From Deltaproteobacteria bacterium (lineage in GTDB: Bacteria; Bdellovibrionota_B; Oligoflexia; Oligoflexales; Bog-1112): a stretch of 64,000 bases of DNA. Under the pieces are notes generated by a model. The model worked only from the letters and a program-made list of their open reading frames with translations, was not told the origin of the DNA and made no database searches. The stretch lies in the NCBI GenBank assembly GCA_016186945.1, contig JACPKR010000038.1:15472-79471 (forward strand), in the 5' to 3' direction. Below, piece by piece: positions 18,174-27,844 of the stretch; position 1 is the stretch's first letter; the number at the start of each line of letters is the position of its first letter. Position numbers and translations under genes: made by a program.

Positions 18174-19694
18174 ATGCATGACGATGTTCGTTGCCGAAGT
18201 TTGTGGCTCGCTCTGACTCCTATGTTGTTTCTTGTCACATTGTTAGCTTTCAATCTCAAACTTTACGGTGACGGAGCAGCCGCTGGCCCTAACCAGGTTG
18301 CCCTTCTTTTGTCTGCTATGTTTGCAACATGCGTTGGTGTTTTTGCCTTGGGCATTCCCTATAAAAACATTGAGTCTGCCATCCTTGAATCTACAAGTCA
18401 TATTTTGCAGGCTATTCTCATCCTGTTGGTGGTGGGAGCTTTGATCAGCCTTTGGATACTGAGTGGAATCGTTCCGACTCTGATTTATTATGGCTTGAAG
18501 CTTCTCTCTTCCTCGATTTTTCTTCCCGTATCATGTGTCATTTGTACGATTGTCTCGCTTGCGACTGGTTCCAGTTGGTCGACCGCGGGAACGGTTGGAG
18601 TCGCCTTGATTGCAGTGGGCAAGGCACTTGGAATTCCCGAAGGCCTGGTCGCAGGTGCCATCATTTCCGGAGCATATTTTGGGGACAAGATGTCTCCTCT
18701 TTCCGACACAACCAACATGGCTTCTGCTATGGCCGGCGTCGATCTTTTTGACCACGTCAGACATATGCTTTACACAACCGTTCCTGCTTACACATTGGCT
18801 ATTCTGGGGTTTGTAATCACCGGGTTCTTCGTCACTCCCGCAGGGGGGGCGGACGGGAACATAACGGAAGTCCTTGGCGTCATCACTCAGAATTTCAACG
18901 TCGGACCACAGCATTTGTTTGTTCCGCTCCTGGTCTTGTTTCTCATAAGAAGGAAGATAGCTGCTTTACCTGCTTTGGCTGTAGGCTGCGTGCTCGCAGT
19001 TCCGTCAGCACTTCTATTTCAGCAACAATTTTTGCATCAAACTTTAGGAGAATCTTACGATGGCGCCAGTGTGTTCAAAATGATTATAAGCACAGCTGCC
19101 AACGGCTTCTCCAGCAAGACGGGATCGAGCTTGGTCGACGGCCTTCTCTCACAGGGGGGAATTTCGAAGATGCTAAGCACGCTTTGGCTCTTGATATCAG
19201 CGATGGTGTTCGGGGGAGCTCTGGAAGGATCGGGCATGTTGGCGCGTATTTCCCAAGCTTTGCTCAGCAGTGTCAGGAAAACGGTGAGCCTGATCGGAGC
19301 AACCCTGGCCAGCTGCCTTTTTGTCAACATGACTGTCGGTGACCAGTACCTTGCCATTGTCCTACCGGGCCGCATGTTTCGTTCGATCTATGCACGATAT
19401 AAACTCGATGCGCGCAATTTATCCCGCGCTCTCGAAGATGCCGGGACGGTTACGTCTGTGCTCGTGCCTTGGAACTCGTGCGGAGCCTACCATGCTGCCA
19501 CTCTGGGAGTGGCGACCTTGACGTACTTGCCGTTCTGCTTTTTCAACATTGCTAGCCCCTTGGTTTCGTTCGCTCTTGCTGCCCTTGGTTGGACAATCCT
19601 GAAGAGTTCAGAGAGCCAAGAAGAACAGAAATCGGATGCGATTTCCATTCCGGACCAAAAAAGGGTATCGTCATTTAGTGAACGTAATGCGTAA
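18174..19694 (+). CDS. nhaC: Na+/H+ antiporter NhaC family
   Basis: About 12 predicted TM segments and NhaC-type conserved blocks (GSSWSTAGT, GAYFGDKMSPLSDTT). The last 3 codons plus TAA lie in the MITE-1 TIR. Confidence 0.8.
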   Translation: MHDDVRCRSLWLALTPMLFLVTLLAFNLKLYGDGAAAGPNQVALLLSAMFATCVGVFALGIPYKNIESAILESTSHILQAILILLVVGALISLWILSGIVPTLIYYGLKLLSSSIFLPVSCVICTIVSLATGSSWSTAGTVGVALIAVGKALGIPEGLVAGAIISGAYFGDKMSPLSDTTNMASAMAGVDLFDHVRHMLYTTVPAYTLAILGFVITGFFVTPAGGADGNITEVLGVITQNFNVGPQHLFVPLLVLFLIRRKIAALPALAVGCVLAVPSALLFQQQFLHQTLGESYDGASVFKMIISTAANGFSSKTGSSLVDGLLSQGGISKMLSTLWLLISAMVFGGALEGSGMLARISQALLSSVRKTVSLIGATLASCLFVNMTVGDQYLAIVLPGRMFRSIYARYKLDARNLSRALEDAGTVTSVLVPWNSCGAYHAATLGVATLTYLPFCFFNIASPLVSFALAALGWTILKSSESQEEQKSDAISIPDQKRVSSFSERNA

Positions 19695-19764
19695 CCCGCT
19701 TTTGGCAAGGAGGTGGTTTGGAGGAACGCTGCGCAGCTGGTTCCTCCAAGAATTCCCTTGGGGC
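19684..19764 (+). mobile_element. MITE-1 copy 4 (left TIR plus core, right half missing)
   Basis: GTAATGCGTAACCCGCTTTTGGCAAGGAGGTGGTTTGGAGGAACGCTGCGCAGCTGGTTCCTCCAAGAATTCCC. Confidence 0.8.
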
Positions 19765-19796
19765 AGAAGCGATACAAATTCCTGGAGGAAGAGACT

Positions 19797-20885
19797 ATGT
19801 CGTATCTCAGGTATTTTTTGGCTCCCCTACTTGCTTGGTTTGCAATCATCGGCGTCTTGATGGGTGGACACTGGCTGTGGCTAGGGCTGGTGATAGCTTT
19901 TGGTGTGATGATGGGAGGTGACTCTCTTTTAGGCCAAGACGCTTCCAAACTACATTTTAATCATCCATGGATTCTGCAAATACCACTTTACTCTGCGTTA
20001 CCCGTTCTCACTTTGCTCTTGCTCTCCTTCGCTTGGGCAACGGGGACGGGGGAAAGCGATTTCCTTAGCCTCGGGGCAAACTTGCAGAGACTTTTCGCCT
20101 ATGACTTCCTTGCTGCGCGTGCGGAAAACAGTGCTTGGGATTTTGTCGGTGGGGTTTTAGGTGTAGGCCTCGTCGTGGTCGGTTGGGGAGTCAACGTAGG
20201 CCATGAATTGACTCACAGAGTCAAATCGACTGTTGCCATGTTATGTGGTCGCTTCCTGCTGTCGATGGCTGGTATTGCCGACTTTGCTATTGAGCATGTT
20301 TATGGCCACCATGCTTTTGTGGGAACCCCTCGCGATCCAGCAACGGCAAGGAGGGGTGAGAACGTTTATGCCTTTGTAGTCCGCTCTTCGATTTTCGGAC
20401 ATATCAGCGCATGGAAACATGAACTCAAGCGTCTGCGTCGGAAAGAACAGAATATCTTTTCCCACCACAACTGGATGTTGAGAGGGTATCTTCTGACCGT
20501 ACCTTGGCTTATCATGTTCTTTCTGGCTGGATCCTGGTTCGGGGTCCTGCTTTTTGTAGCGCAGGCTGCGTTTGCAAAATTCATCCTCGAAATTGTCAAC
20601 TACATCGAACATTACGGGATTGTGAGGAAAGCGTCCGAGCCAATCAAACCGCAACATTCCTGGAACACGAACCATCGCATGAGCGCCATGATTTTATTCT
20701 CCCTGAACAGGCACTCTGCTCATCATGAAAAAATGGAGCTTCCCTATTGGGTGCTCGAGCCCTACCCAGACGCTCCTCAATTGCCCTATGGATACCTTAA
20801 CGCGATCATCGTTTCTCTAATCCCTCCGCTGTGGTTTCGAGTGATGGATAAAAAAATTCAGGAATGGGAAGCAAAGTACGCCTGA
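19797..20885 (+). CDS. alkB: alkane 1-monooxygenase / membrane fatty-acid desaturase family
   Basis: His boxes HELTHR, EHVYGHH, NYIEHYG and LNRHSAHH. ATG at 19797 has a GGAGGAAGAG RBS. The track ORF extends upstream through MITE-1. Confidence 0.7.
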   Translation: MSYLRYFLAPLLAWFAIIGVLMGGHWLWLGLVIAFGVMMGGDSLLGQDASKLHFNHPWILQIPLYSALPVLTLLLLSFAWATGTGESDFLSLGANLQRLFAYDFLAARAENSAWDFVGGVLGVGLVVVGWGVNVGHELTHRVKSTVAMLCGRFLLSMAGIADFAIEHVYGHHAFVGTPRDPATARRGENVYAFVVRSSIFGHISAWKHELKRLRRKEQNIFSHHNWMLRGYLLTVPWLIMFFLAGSWFGVLLFVAQAAFAKFILEIVNYIEHYGIVRKASEPIKPQHSWNTNHRMSAMILFSLNRHSAHHEKMELPYWVLEPYPDAPQLPYGYLNAIIVSLIPPLWFRVMDKKIQEWEAKYA

Positions 20886-20887
20886 TG

Positions 20888-20924
20888 CTTGGGGGGCAAG
20901 GAGGTGGTTTGGAGGAAACATTAC
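20888..20924 (+). mobile_element. MITE-1 copy 5 (mini derivative: left arm joined to the ATTAC tip)
   Basis: CTTGGGGGGCAAGGAGGTGGTTTGGAGGAAAC+ATTAC. The folP stop codon (20921-20923) lies in the tip. Confidence 0.6.
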
Positions 20925-21859
20925 CATCGAACTTCCTTTTTCATTGCGCCCAAAAGTGTGCGTAACTCATGATGCTCGGCAACATCATGCACCCTGATCA
21001 CATCCACTCCTTTATCCATGCAGAGTGCATTCATAGCAAGGGTTGCCGAGAGCAAGTCGTTTGCAGGTTTGTCGAGAACAAGGCCCATGAACGACTTGCG
21101 AGAAAGCCCTATGAGGAGGGGATAACCGAGAGATTTCAGTTCCGAAAGCGCGAGGAGTATTTCAAAATCTTGATCAGGCTTTTTCTTTCCAAAGCCAATA
21201 CCGGGGTCGATGATAATCTGGGAGTCCTTGACTCCGTATAAGTTAAGAAGAGCGATTTGCTTATGAAACCATTCCCTAAGATTGGGGATCATGGGGCCGT
21301 TGTGAAACTTGCCCCCTTGCATGCTCTGAGGCTTTCCCCGCATGTGGCAAAGCACTAGAGACCCTTCTGGGTGCGTAGCGATGACTTTAGCCATGGCAGG
21401 ACTCACACTCTCCGTCACATAGTTCACCATCCGTACTCCCTCCGCAAACGCTGCCGCAGCGATGGACGCTCTTCTTGTGTCGACAGATAGGGTCTGCGTC
21501 GGAAATTGCCTCAGCAAGGCGGAAAGGACAGGAAGGACACGCTTTCTTTCTTCTTCTTCAGAAACTTCAACAAGCTGGCCGTGTTTCTCATGAAACGTCG
21601 ACGGAGGGCGGGTGGACTCCCCGCCTACATCTATTATGTCGGCGCCTTCACGAAGCATCTGCTCCGCCCGCTCCAAGGCGCGGCTCATGTCAAGGTACTT
21701 CCCACCATCGAAAAAGGAGTCCGGCGTCACGTTGAGAACGCCCATGATCCTTGTTTTCTTCACGTTTTGGGCGCTTTGTTGCATGCAAGCTCCTACAATG
21801 TATTGGGAATTTATAGCTTGACTGAGCTGGGGAATCTCTGCCATTAAGGAGGTTCCCAA
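20921..21859 (-). CDS. folP: dihydropteroate synthase
   Basis: MGVLNVTPDSFFDGG, DVGGESTRP and DPGIGFGK motifs. The start may be the ATG at 21844 or further downstream. Confidence 0.9.
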   Translation of the reverse strand: MGTSLMAEIPQLSQAINSQYIVGACMQQSAQNVKKTRIMGVLNVTPDSFFDGGKYLDMSRALERAEQMLREGADIIDVGGESTRPPSTFHEKHGQLVEVSEEEERKRVLPVLSALLRQFPTQTLSVDTRRASIAAAAFAEGVRMVNYVTESVSPAMAKVIATHPEGSLVLCHMRGKPQSMQGGKFHNGPMIPNLREWFHKQIALLNLYGVKDSQIIIDPGIGFGKKKPDQDFEILLALSELKSLGYPLLIGLSRKSFMGLVLDKPANDLLSATLAMNALCMDKGVDVIRVHDVAEHHELRTLLGAMKKEVRW

Positions 21860-21891
21860 AAACTCAGGCTACCATAAACGGTCTGGTCCTG

Positions 21892-22024
21892 ACTTGGGGC
21901 AAATAGGGAGAGGGGGGTTTGGGGGGGCGAGGGAAGCGTCGCCTCCCCCAAGGGATTTCTTGGAGGAACCAGCTGCGCAGTTTCCTCCAAACCACCTCCT
22001 TGCCCCAAGTGGCTTACGCATTAC
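21892..22024 (-). mobile_element. MITE-1 copy 6 (near full length)
   Basis: ACTTGGGGCAAATAGGGAGAGGGGGGTTTGGGGGGGCGAGGGAAGCGTCGCCTCCCCCAAGGGATTTCTTGGAGGAACCAGCTGCGCAGTTTCCTCCAAACCACCTCCTTGCCCCAAGTGGCTTACGCATTAC. Confidence 0.85.
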
Positions 22025-22038
22025 CTTGGAGAAACTTC

Positions 22039-22746
22039 TTGGTCGACACAATAGAAATAAAGAAAAACTATCTCAAAACAGTCCTCTTTGGTCTTGGATT
22101 TTTTGCCCTTCTTGCTTGCGGGGACGACGCTAGTGCAGACAATTTTGGTTTAATCTCCCGACTTACGGACCACGCCTTTGCGGGCGAATATGCTAACGAC
22201 CCCGCCTTTGATTCTGCTCAACAGGCTTTTTCCCCTCTATCGGCTATAGATCATCAGGGAGGCAAAACGCTCGCGAGTCTTACAAAAAAACAAATTCGTC
22301 GCAACCGCCCGCAAGGCAAATGCCTTCGTTGGGTTCGTATCGCTCTTACGAAATACAAATGGCAACGTGAACAGGATAAACGAAAAAGCAAACGCACGTT
22401 CAGTTTCCACTCCCTTCCCCGCGATTCCCACCCCTTCGCTAAAAACATATTGTCCCCTGGCCGATCAGCCGCCGACTTCATGGGCTGGGCTCTTCAGAAT
22501 CCGGCTTCTCTATGCACCGAGTTGGGATTGGCAAATATTACGGATTTGCCTTACCACACGACTTTTGATGGTATGGTTTTCGTTTACGGGCGTGGCAAAT
22601 GTGGCTTTCACAGAAGGTGGGGGCATATTGAAGTCGTTACGAACGCCGAAAAAAAAGAAGTTTGCTCCGATCACTGTCGTAAACTTCAACCTGATTGCAA
22701 GCCCGATATCGTTCTGGCGCCTGTAACACACTGTGGCTGGCTATAG
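22039..22746 (+). CDS. lipoprotein, possible CHAP/NlpC-P60-like Cys-His hydrolase
   Basis: In-frame TTG at 22039 gives a lipobox (LFGLGFFALLAC). GKCLRWVRIAL (Cys) and RRWGHIEVV (His) follow the order of papain-like amidases. The TAG stop is the first 3 nt of MITE-2 copy E. Confidence 0.4.
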   Translation: MVDTIEIKKNYLKTVLFGLGFFALLACGDDASADNFGLISRLTDHAFAGEYANDPAFDSAQQAFSPLSAIDHQGGKTLASLTKKQIRRNRPQGKCLRWVRIALTKYKWQREQDKRKSKRTFSFHSLPRDSHPFAKNILSPGRSAADFMGWALQNPASLCTELGLANITDLPYHTTFDGMVFVYGRGKCGFHRRWGHIEVVTNAEKKEVCSDHCRKLQPDCKPDIVLAPVTHCGWL

Positions 22747-22908
22747 TATTTGAGAAAAAGAATTTGTGGAGAGTACCTTTTTTGAAAAAAAGTTCCCCTC
22801 CACGCCTCCCCCCAAAAAACTTTAGATATTGAAGTTTTTGAAAAGGGGTTTGGGGAAATAACTTTTTTCAAAAAGTTTTTCCCAAAATTGATTATCTTGA
22901 ATACTATA
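22742..22908 (+). mobile_element. MITE-2 copy E (full length)
   Basis: TA|TAGTATTTGAG...GAATACTA|TA, about 95% identical to copy A by eye. Confidence 0.8.
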
Positions 22909-22964
22909 GCTCAGACAAGTGTGAAAAGACCAGTGACTTCGCAGGGGATGAAAATCAGTTCATT

Positions 22965-23759
22965 ATGAAACTTTCCTTAGCTTTTTCCCCCTGTCCCAAC
23001 GATACCTTTCTCTTCCATGCTTTAGTAAAAAGCCTGATCCCCCATCCTTTCACATTGAGCGTGACACTCGCCGACATTCAGCACCTCAACGAGCTAGCTT
23101 TACAAGGCACGGCAGATGTCTGCAAAATTTCCTTTTCGATGCTAGCGCATTTGGACACGTATTGCTTGCTTCCCGTTGGCGCAGCTCTCGGACATGGCAA
23201 CGGTCCCAAGATCGTTGCGGAGAGGCCATTTCCTCTAGCAAGTCTCCAGGACAAAACGATCGCCATCCCGGGACAAGGGACCACAGCCTACCTTCTTTAT
23301 AAGCTATTAACACCTGGAGCCGGGCGGGAAGTCTTTTGCCTCTATCATGAAATTCCCTCACTCATAAACTCGGGCACTGTCGACTGTGGTTTGATTATCC
23401 ACGAAACTCGCTTCACACTCGATCAAAACAAGCTTGTAGAAATTTGCGACCTTGGTCCTATGTGGGAAGAGCACACCAAACTTCCTATTCCTCTTGGGGG
23501 ACTGGTTGCGAAACGATCGCTCGGTTCAAAAACGATTGAGAAAGTGGTCTCCTGCCTGCAGTCTTCACTTCGCTTTGCGTGGAAAAATCCGGCAGCGTCT
23601 CGTTCCTACATTCTGCAACATAGCCAGGAAAAAAACTGGGATGTCGTACGCTCTCATATCGACCTTTACGTTAACAAAGAAACAGAATCGCTTTCCTTAA
23701 AGGCAAGAAATGCAATAGAATTGCTTTCTCGAAAAGGAGGGCTTGTGAAATGTATTTAA
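22965..23759 (+). CDS. mqnD: 1,4-dihydroxy-6-naphthoate synthase (futalosine pathway, MqnA/MqnD family)
   Basis: N-terminal SPCPNDTFLFHAL motif typical of MqnD. Periplasmic-binding-like fold length of about 265 aa. Confidence 0.75.
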   Translation: MKLSLAFSPCPNDTFLFHALVKSLIPHPFTLSVTLADIQHLNELALQGTADVCKISFSMLAHLDTYCLLPVGAALGHGNGPKIVAERPFPLASLQDKTIAIPGQGTTAYLLYKLLTPGAGREVFCLYHEIPSLINSGTVDCGLIIHETRFTLDQNKLVEICDLGPMWEEHTKLPIPLGGLVAKRSLGSKTIEKVVSCLQSSLRFAWKNPAASRSYILQHSQEKNWDVVRSHIDLYVNKETESLSLKARNAIELLSRKGGLVKCI

Positions 23760-24814
23760 AGAACATTTTTTATGGTTTCACCTTTGTTTGTGTTCTGCTT
23801 GCGACACCCAACTGTGTTGCAGGAGTCTCCTCGCGTGGAGTTTCCTCAGAAAAAGTATACAGGATTGCGTTTGGTTCCTGTGTTCATCAGGACAAGGAAC
23901 AGCCTGTGTGGGAGGCAGTTTTAAAAGATCATCCAGACCTATTCATCTTTCTTGGCGACAATATTTACGGCGATACGGAAGACATGAAAGTTTTACAGGA
24001 GAAATATGACAAGCAAAACAGCAAGCCTGGCCTTTCAGAACTTCGCAAGCAAACAAGAGTGATCGGTACCTGGGACGATCACGATTATGGCGTGAACGAT
24101 GGAGGAGCAGAGTATCCGAAGAAGGAGGAATCACGGCAAATCATGTTGAACTTCTTCGAAGAGCCTGGAGATTCTCCCCGAAGGACTCAAGACGGTGGAG
24201 TATACGCCTCCTACATGTTTGGAGAAGGTAGCGAGGCTATTCGCGTCATTTTACTGGACACTCGCTGGGCACGCAGTCCTCTGATAAAGGTTCCAGAAGA
24301 AGAGCTTGAGGATCGCGATAACCGGAACATGGGGCCATACGTAGCCAATGAGGCTCCTGAGGCACGGATGCTCAGCGAAACGCAATGGACCTGGCTGGAA
24401 AAACAGTTCGAAGGTGAAGCTTCCCTCACGATCATTGGTTCCAGTATTCAATTCCTCTCGGATTTCACAGGATGGGAAAGTTGGGCTAATTTCCCACCGG
24501 AAAAGGAACGACTCTTAGCCGTTCTCAAGAAGCATCCAGAAACCAGGGTGATGTTCATCAGTGGGGACATGCACTATGCAGAAGTCAGCAAATGGGATGG
24601 AATTCTTCCTTACCCTTTGTGGGATTTCACTTCGAGTGGGCTGACTCAGAGCTGGCATAATGTTTCACCTAATCTTTTTAGAGTGGGTAAGTCATTTCTT
24701 GAAGCCAACTATGGTCTGATGGAGTTTCAATTCGATCCGGTACCAAGACTTCGATTTCAGATCAAAAACGTGTTTGGAACGGTCTTGCAAAGTACGGATC
24801 TGGTTTTGCGGTAA
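23750..24814 (+). CDS. PhoD-like metallophosphatase (alkaline phosphatase D family), secreted
   Basis: Signal peptide, then FGSC..QD, FLGDNIYGD, WDDHDYG.ND and SGDMHYAE motifs. Confidence 0.75.
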   Translation: MYLKNIFYGFTFVCVLLATPNCVAGVSSRGVSSEKVYRIAFGSCVHQDKEQPVWEAVLKDHPDLFIFLGDNIYGDTEDMKVLQEKYDKQNSKPGLSELRKQTRVIGTWDDHDYGVNDGGAEYPKKEESRQIMLNFFEEPGDSPRRTQDGGVYASYMFGEGSEAIRVILLDTRWARSPLIKVPEEELEDRDNRNMGPYVANEAPEARMLSETQWTWLEKQFEGEASLTIIGSSIQFLSDFTGWESWANFPPEKERLLAVLKKHPETRVMFISGDMHYAEVSKWDGILPYPLWDFTSSGLTQSWHNVSPNLFRVGKSFLEANYGLMEFQFDPVPRLRFQIKNVFGTVLQSTDLVLR

Positions 24815-24937
24815 CAAGGGGATTTCTTGGAGGAACCAGCTGCGCAGTTTCCTCCAAACCACCTCCTTGCCACAAGAGGAACCAGCTGCGCAGTTTCCTC
24901 CAAACCACCTCCTTGCCACAAGCGGGTTGCGTATTAC
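24815..24937 (-). mobile_element. MITE-1 copy 7 (core duplicated in tandem, right TIR)
   Basis: Two successive GGAACCAGCTGCGCAGTTTCCTCCAAACCACCTCCTTGCCACAAG units, then CGGGTTGCGTATTAC. Fills the whole spacer between convergent stops. Confidence 0.8.
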
Positions 24938-24939
24938 AC

Positions 24940-25941
24940 TTATTGCTTTGTCATCAGCTTTTCGTCGAGAAGATGACAAGCTGCATGATGGCCTTCCCCG
25001 GCTTTGAAGTTGGGGGGGACAACTCGTGTGCATACGTCCATTTTCCATGGACAGCGCGTGTGGAAGGGGCAGCCGCTGGGAGGATGAGCGGGAGACGGCA
25101 GGTCTCCATGCAAAAGAATTTGCTCACGTACTCGCTCTTTCCTAGGGTCTGCCAAGGGGACAGCACTGAGGAGCGCTTTTGTGTACGGGTGCTGTGGACT
25201 TCCGAACAGATCTTCGGTGTTTGCCAATTCAACGATTTTTCCAAGATACATGACGGCGATGCGATCGGAGATGTAGCGTACCACCGAGATATCATGAGCG
25301 ATGAAAAGATAGGAGAGGTGAAACTCTTTCTGCAAATCTTTCAAAAGATTCAAAATCTGAGCTTGAATGGACACGTCTAAAGCTGAGACGGGTTCGTCGC
25401 AGAGAATGACTTTCGGCCGAATAGCGACTGCTCTGGCGATGGCAATCCTTTGCCGTTGTCCTCCTGAGAACTCGTGGGGATATTTGCGAATATAGCGAGA
25501 GGAAAGTCCGACGGTTTCCATAAGATCGGCGACAGTTTTTTCCAACTCTTTGCGCGCCAGTACTTTCTCGCAAGCTCGGATGGGTTCTGCGATGATGTCA
25601 AAGACGGTCATTCGCGGGTCGAGTGATGCGTAGGGATCCTGGAAGATCATCTGTATATTCGAGCGATGCTTCCTAAGCGCGGCACCATCGAGCCTGGTGA
25701 TATCTTGGCCGCAAAGTTCGATGTGTCCATCGGTGGGAGAGTATAAGCGGATCAGGGTTCGGCCCAGCGTGGTTTTTCCACACCCTGATTCGCCCACCAG
25801 ACCGAGCGTTTCCCCCTTGAACAGATCGAGAGTCACCCCGTTGACAGCTTGAATGAGGGAATCCTGTTTGCGAAACAACACACCCTTGTATGTAGGAAAG
25901 TACATTTTCAGATCGCGAGCGGCGAGCATGAGTTCCGTCAT
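24940..25941 (-). CDS. oligopeptide/dipeptide ABC transporter ATP-binding protein (OppF/DppF-like)
   Basis: Walker A GESGCGKTT, signature FSGGQRQR, Walker B ILCDEP and a C-terminal Cys-rich oligopeptide-transporter domain. Confidence 0.85.
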   Translation of the reverse strand: MTELMLAARDLKMYFPTYKGVLFRKQDSLIQAVNGVTLDLFKGETLGLVGESGCGKTTLGRTLIRLYSPTDGHIELCGQDITRLDGAALRKHRSNIQMIFQDPYASLDPRMTVFDIIAEPIRACEKVLARKELEKTVADLMETVGLSSRYIRKYPHEFSGGQRQRIAIARAVAIRPKVILCDEPVSALDVSIQAQILNLLKDLQKEFHLSYLFIAHDISVVRYISDRIAVMYLGKIVELANTEDLFGSPQHPYTKALLSAVPLADPRKERVREQILLHGDLPSPAHPPSGCPFHTRCPWKMDVCTRVVPPNFKAGEGHHAACHLLDEKLMTKQ

Positions 25942-26927
25942 GTTTTCTCCCCTTCCTTCTTTTCCCAGTAACAGAGAGCTTCCTGTGTCGAAGAATATTT
26001 TCGCAGGGGAAGAGGATGATCATCTCGGCACTGGCGCATCACTTTCGGGCAGCGATCTGCAAAGGGGCAACCCTTCGGCAGACGGGAGGGGTCCGGTGGT
26101 AGCCCGGGGATGGCTTTCAGGTCTCCTTTTCCCGAGTCAAGGCGGGGCATGGAACCAAGCAACCCAATCGTGTAAGGATGGCTGGGGGTATAGAAAATAT
26201 CGTCTGCCGTACCTCGTTCCACGATTTTACCTGCATACATGACACAGATTTCGTCCGCCATCCCTGCCACCACGCCCAAATCATGCGTGATCAGGATGAT
26301 GGAAAGGTTCATTTCCTTTTGAAGATTTTTTAAAAGGTTGAGGATCTGTGCCTGAATTGTCACGTCCAAAGCAGTAGTAGGCTCATCGGCAATCAGAAGT
26401 TCCGGCCTGGAGATAAGTGCCATTGCTATCATCACCCGTTGGCGCATCCCTCCGGAAAACTCGTGCGGGTAACGGTCTATTCGTTGTTTCGCATCAGGAA
26501 TACCGACATGTTCCAGAGCTTCAATTGCTCGTCTGCGTGCCTCTTTTTTTGAAATCTCGTTGTGATGGGCACGGAGGCCTTCCGTCAGCTGGATGGAAAC
26601 GCGCAGGTAGGGATTGAGGGAAGTCATGGGGTCTTGGAAGATCATCGCGATCTTTTCTCCACGCAATGCCTGTAGCTCTCGATCGGGAAGGTGCAAGAGG
26701 TCGCGGTCGTGGAAAAAAGCTTTGCCTCCTACAATTCTGCCAGGCGGCTGCGGGATTAGCCCCAAGAGCGAAAGCATAGAGACCGACTTCCCGGAACCAG
26801 ACTCACCGACCAAAGCCAAGGTTTTTCCCTTTTTCACGGTCAGACTGATGCCGTCTACAGACTTGAATAGACCGTCACGAGTGAAAAAGTAGGTTTTCAG
26901 TTCATCGACTTGCAGGAGAGCTGTCAT
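25938..26927 (-). CDS. oligopeptide/dipeptide ABC transporter ATP-binding protein (OppD/DppD-like)
   Basis: [16 protein letters not shown] and [11 protein letters not shown]. Overlaps the downstream ATPase gene by 4 nt. Confidence 0.85.
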   Translation of the reverse strand: MTALLQVDELKTYFFTRDGLFKSVDGISLTVKKGKTLALVGESGSGKSVSMLSLLGLIPQPPGRIVGGKAFFHDRDLLHLPDRELQALRGEKIAMIFQDPMTSLNPYLRVSIQLTEGLRAHHNEISKKEARRRAIEALEHVGIPDAKQRIDRYPHEFSGGMRQRVMIAMALISRPELLIADEPTTALDVTIQAQILNLLKNLQKEMNLSIILITHDLGVVAGMADEICVMYAGKIVERGTADDIFYTPSHPYTIGLLGSMPRLDSGKGDLKAIPGLPPDPSRLPKGCPFADRCPKVMRQCRDDHPLPLRKYSSTQEALCYWEKKEGEKT

Positions 26928-26935
26928 GTGTGGCC

Positions 26936-27844
26936 TCAGTCTTTACTGGCTTGAGGATCCAAAGCATCTCGTAAGCCGTCACCCAGGAAATTCAAAGCCA
27001 GGAGAGTTAACATCAACGACGCACATGGAATTATCAACATCCACGGATAAGTCTGCATCGCCCCTACTCCATCGGAGATAAGCGTACCCCAGCTGGCCAT
27101 AGGTTCTTGCACCCCCAGGCCAAGAAAACTGAGGAAAGCCTCCTCCAGGATCACGTTAGGTACTGTCAACGTTACATAGACGATCACGGTTCCCAACACG
27201 TTGGGTATTAAGTGGGACGCGATGATCCGCACATGCCCCACACCCATCGAACGGGCTGCATCGACATATTCCATCTTCTTTAAACTGACAACCTGGCCTC
27301 GCACGATCCTTGCCATGGTCAGCCACTGAATGGCTCCTAGAGCTATGAAGAGCAGATAAATATTTCTGCCAAACAGCACCATCAGAATGATCACGAAGAA
27401 CGTGAAAGGCAGGGCGTACAAAATTTCCAACAAGCGCATCATGATGTTATCGACCCGCCCTCCCATGTACCCTGAGATGGACCCGTAAAGCACACCTATC
27501 GCCAAACTTACCGCAGTCGCAAGAATCCCCACCATGAGAGAAATCCGCGCTCCGTGAAGCACTCGTGTGAACATGTCACGCCCGAGCGCATCCGTGCCAA
27601 AATAATGCACGCTGTCAGGAGCAACCGCCCCCAACAGTAAGTCTGTCTCCTCAAACGGAAAGGAAGCAATCCAGGGGGCTAAAACGGCAAGACTCGCCTG
27701 TACGATCAAATAGCAGAACCCTATGACCGCCATCTTGTTTTTCAAGAGACGTTGGAAAGCGTCTTGCCACAGACTTCTCCCCTTTTCTGCCTCCACGACC
27801 GCTGCTTTCATTATCATCTGCTTCTCAAGTACCATTTGAGTCAT
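26936..27844 (-). CDS. ABC transporter permease (OppC/DppC-like)
   Basis: BPD-type permease with an EAA-loop region (DAARSMGVGHVRII) and 6 TM pattern. Confidence 0.8.
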   Translation of the reverse strand: MTQMVLEKQMIMKAAVVEAEKGRSLWQDAFQRLLKNKMAVIGFCYLIVQASLAVLAPWIASFPFEETDLLLGAVAPDSVHYFGTDALGRDMFTRVLHGARISLMVGILATAVSLAIGVLYGSISGYMGGRVDNIMMRLLEILYALPFTFFVIILMVLFGRNIYLLFIALGAIQWLTMARIVRGQVVSLKKMEYVDAARSMGVGHVRIIASHLIPNVLGTVIVYVTLTVPNVILEEAFLSFLGLGVQEPMASWGTLISDGVGAMQTYPWMLIIPCASLMLTLLALNFLGDGLRDALDPQASKD

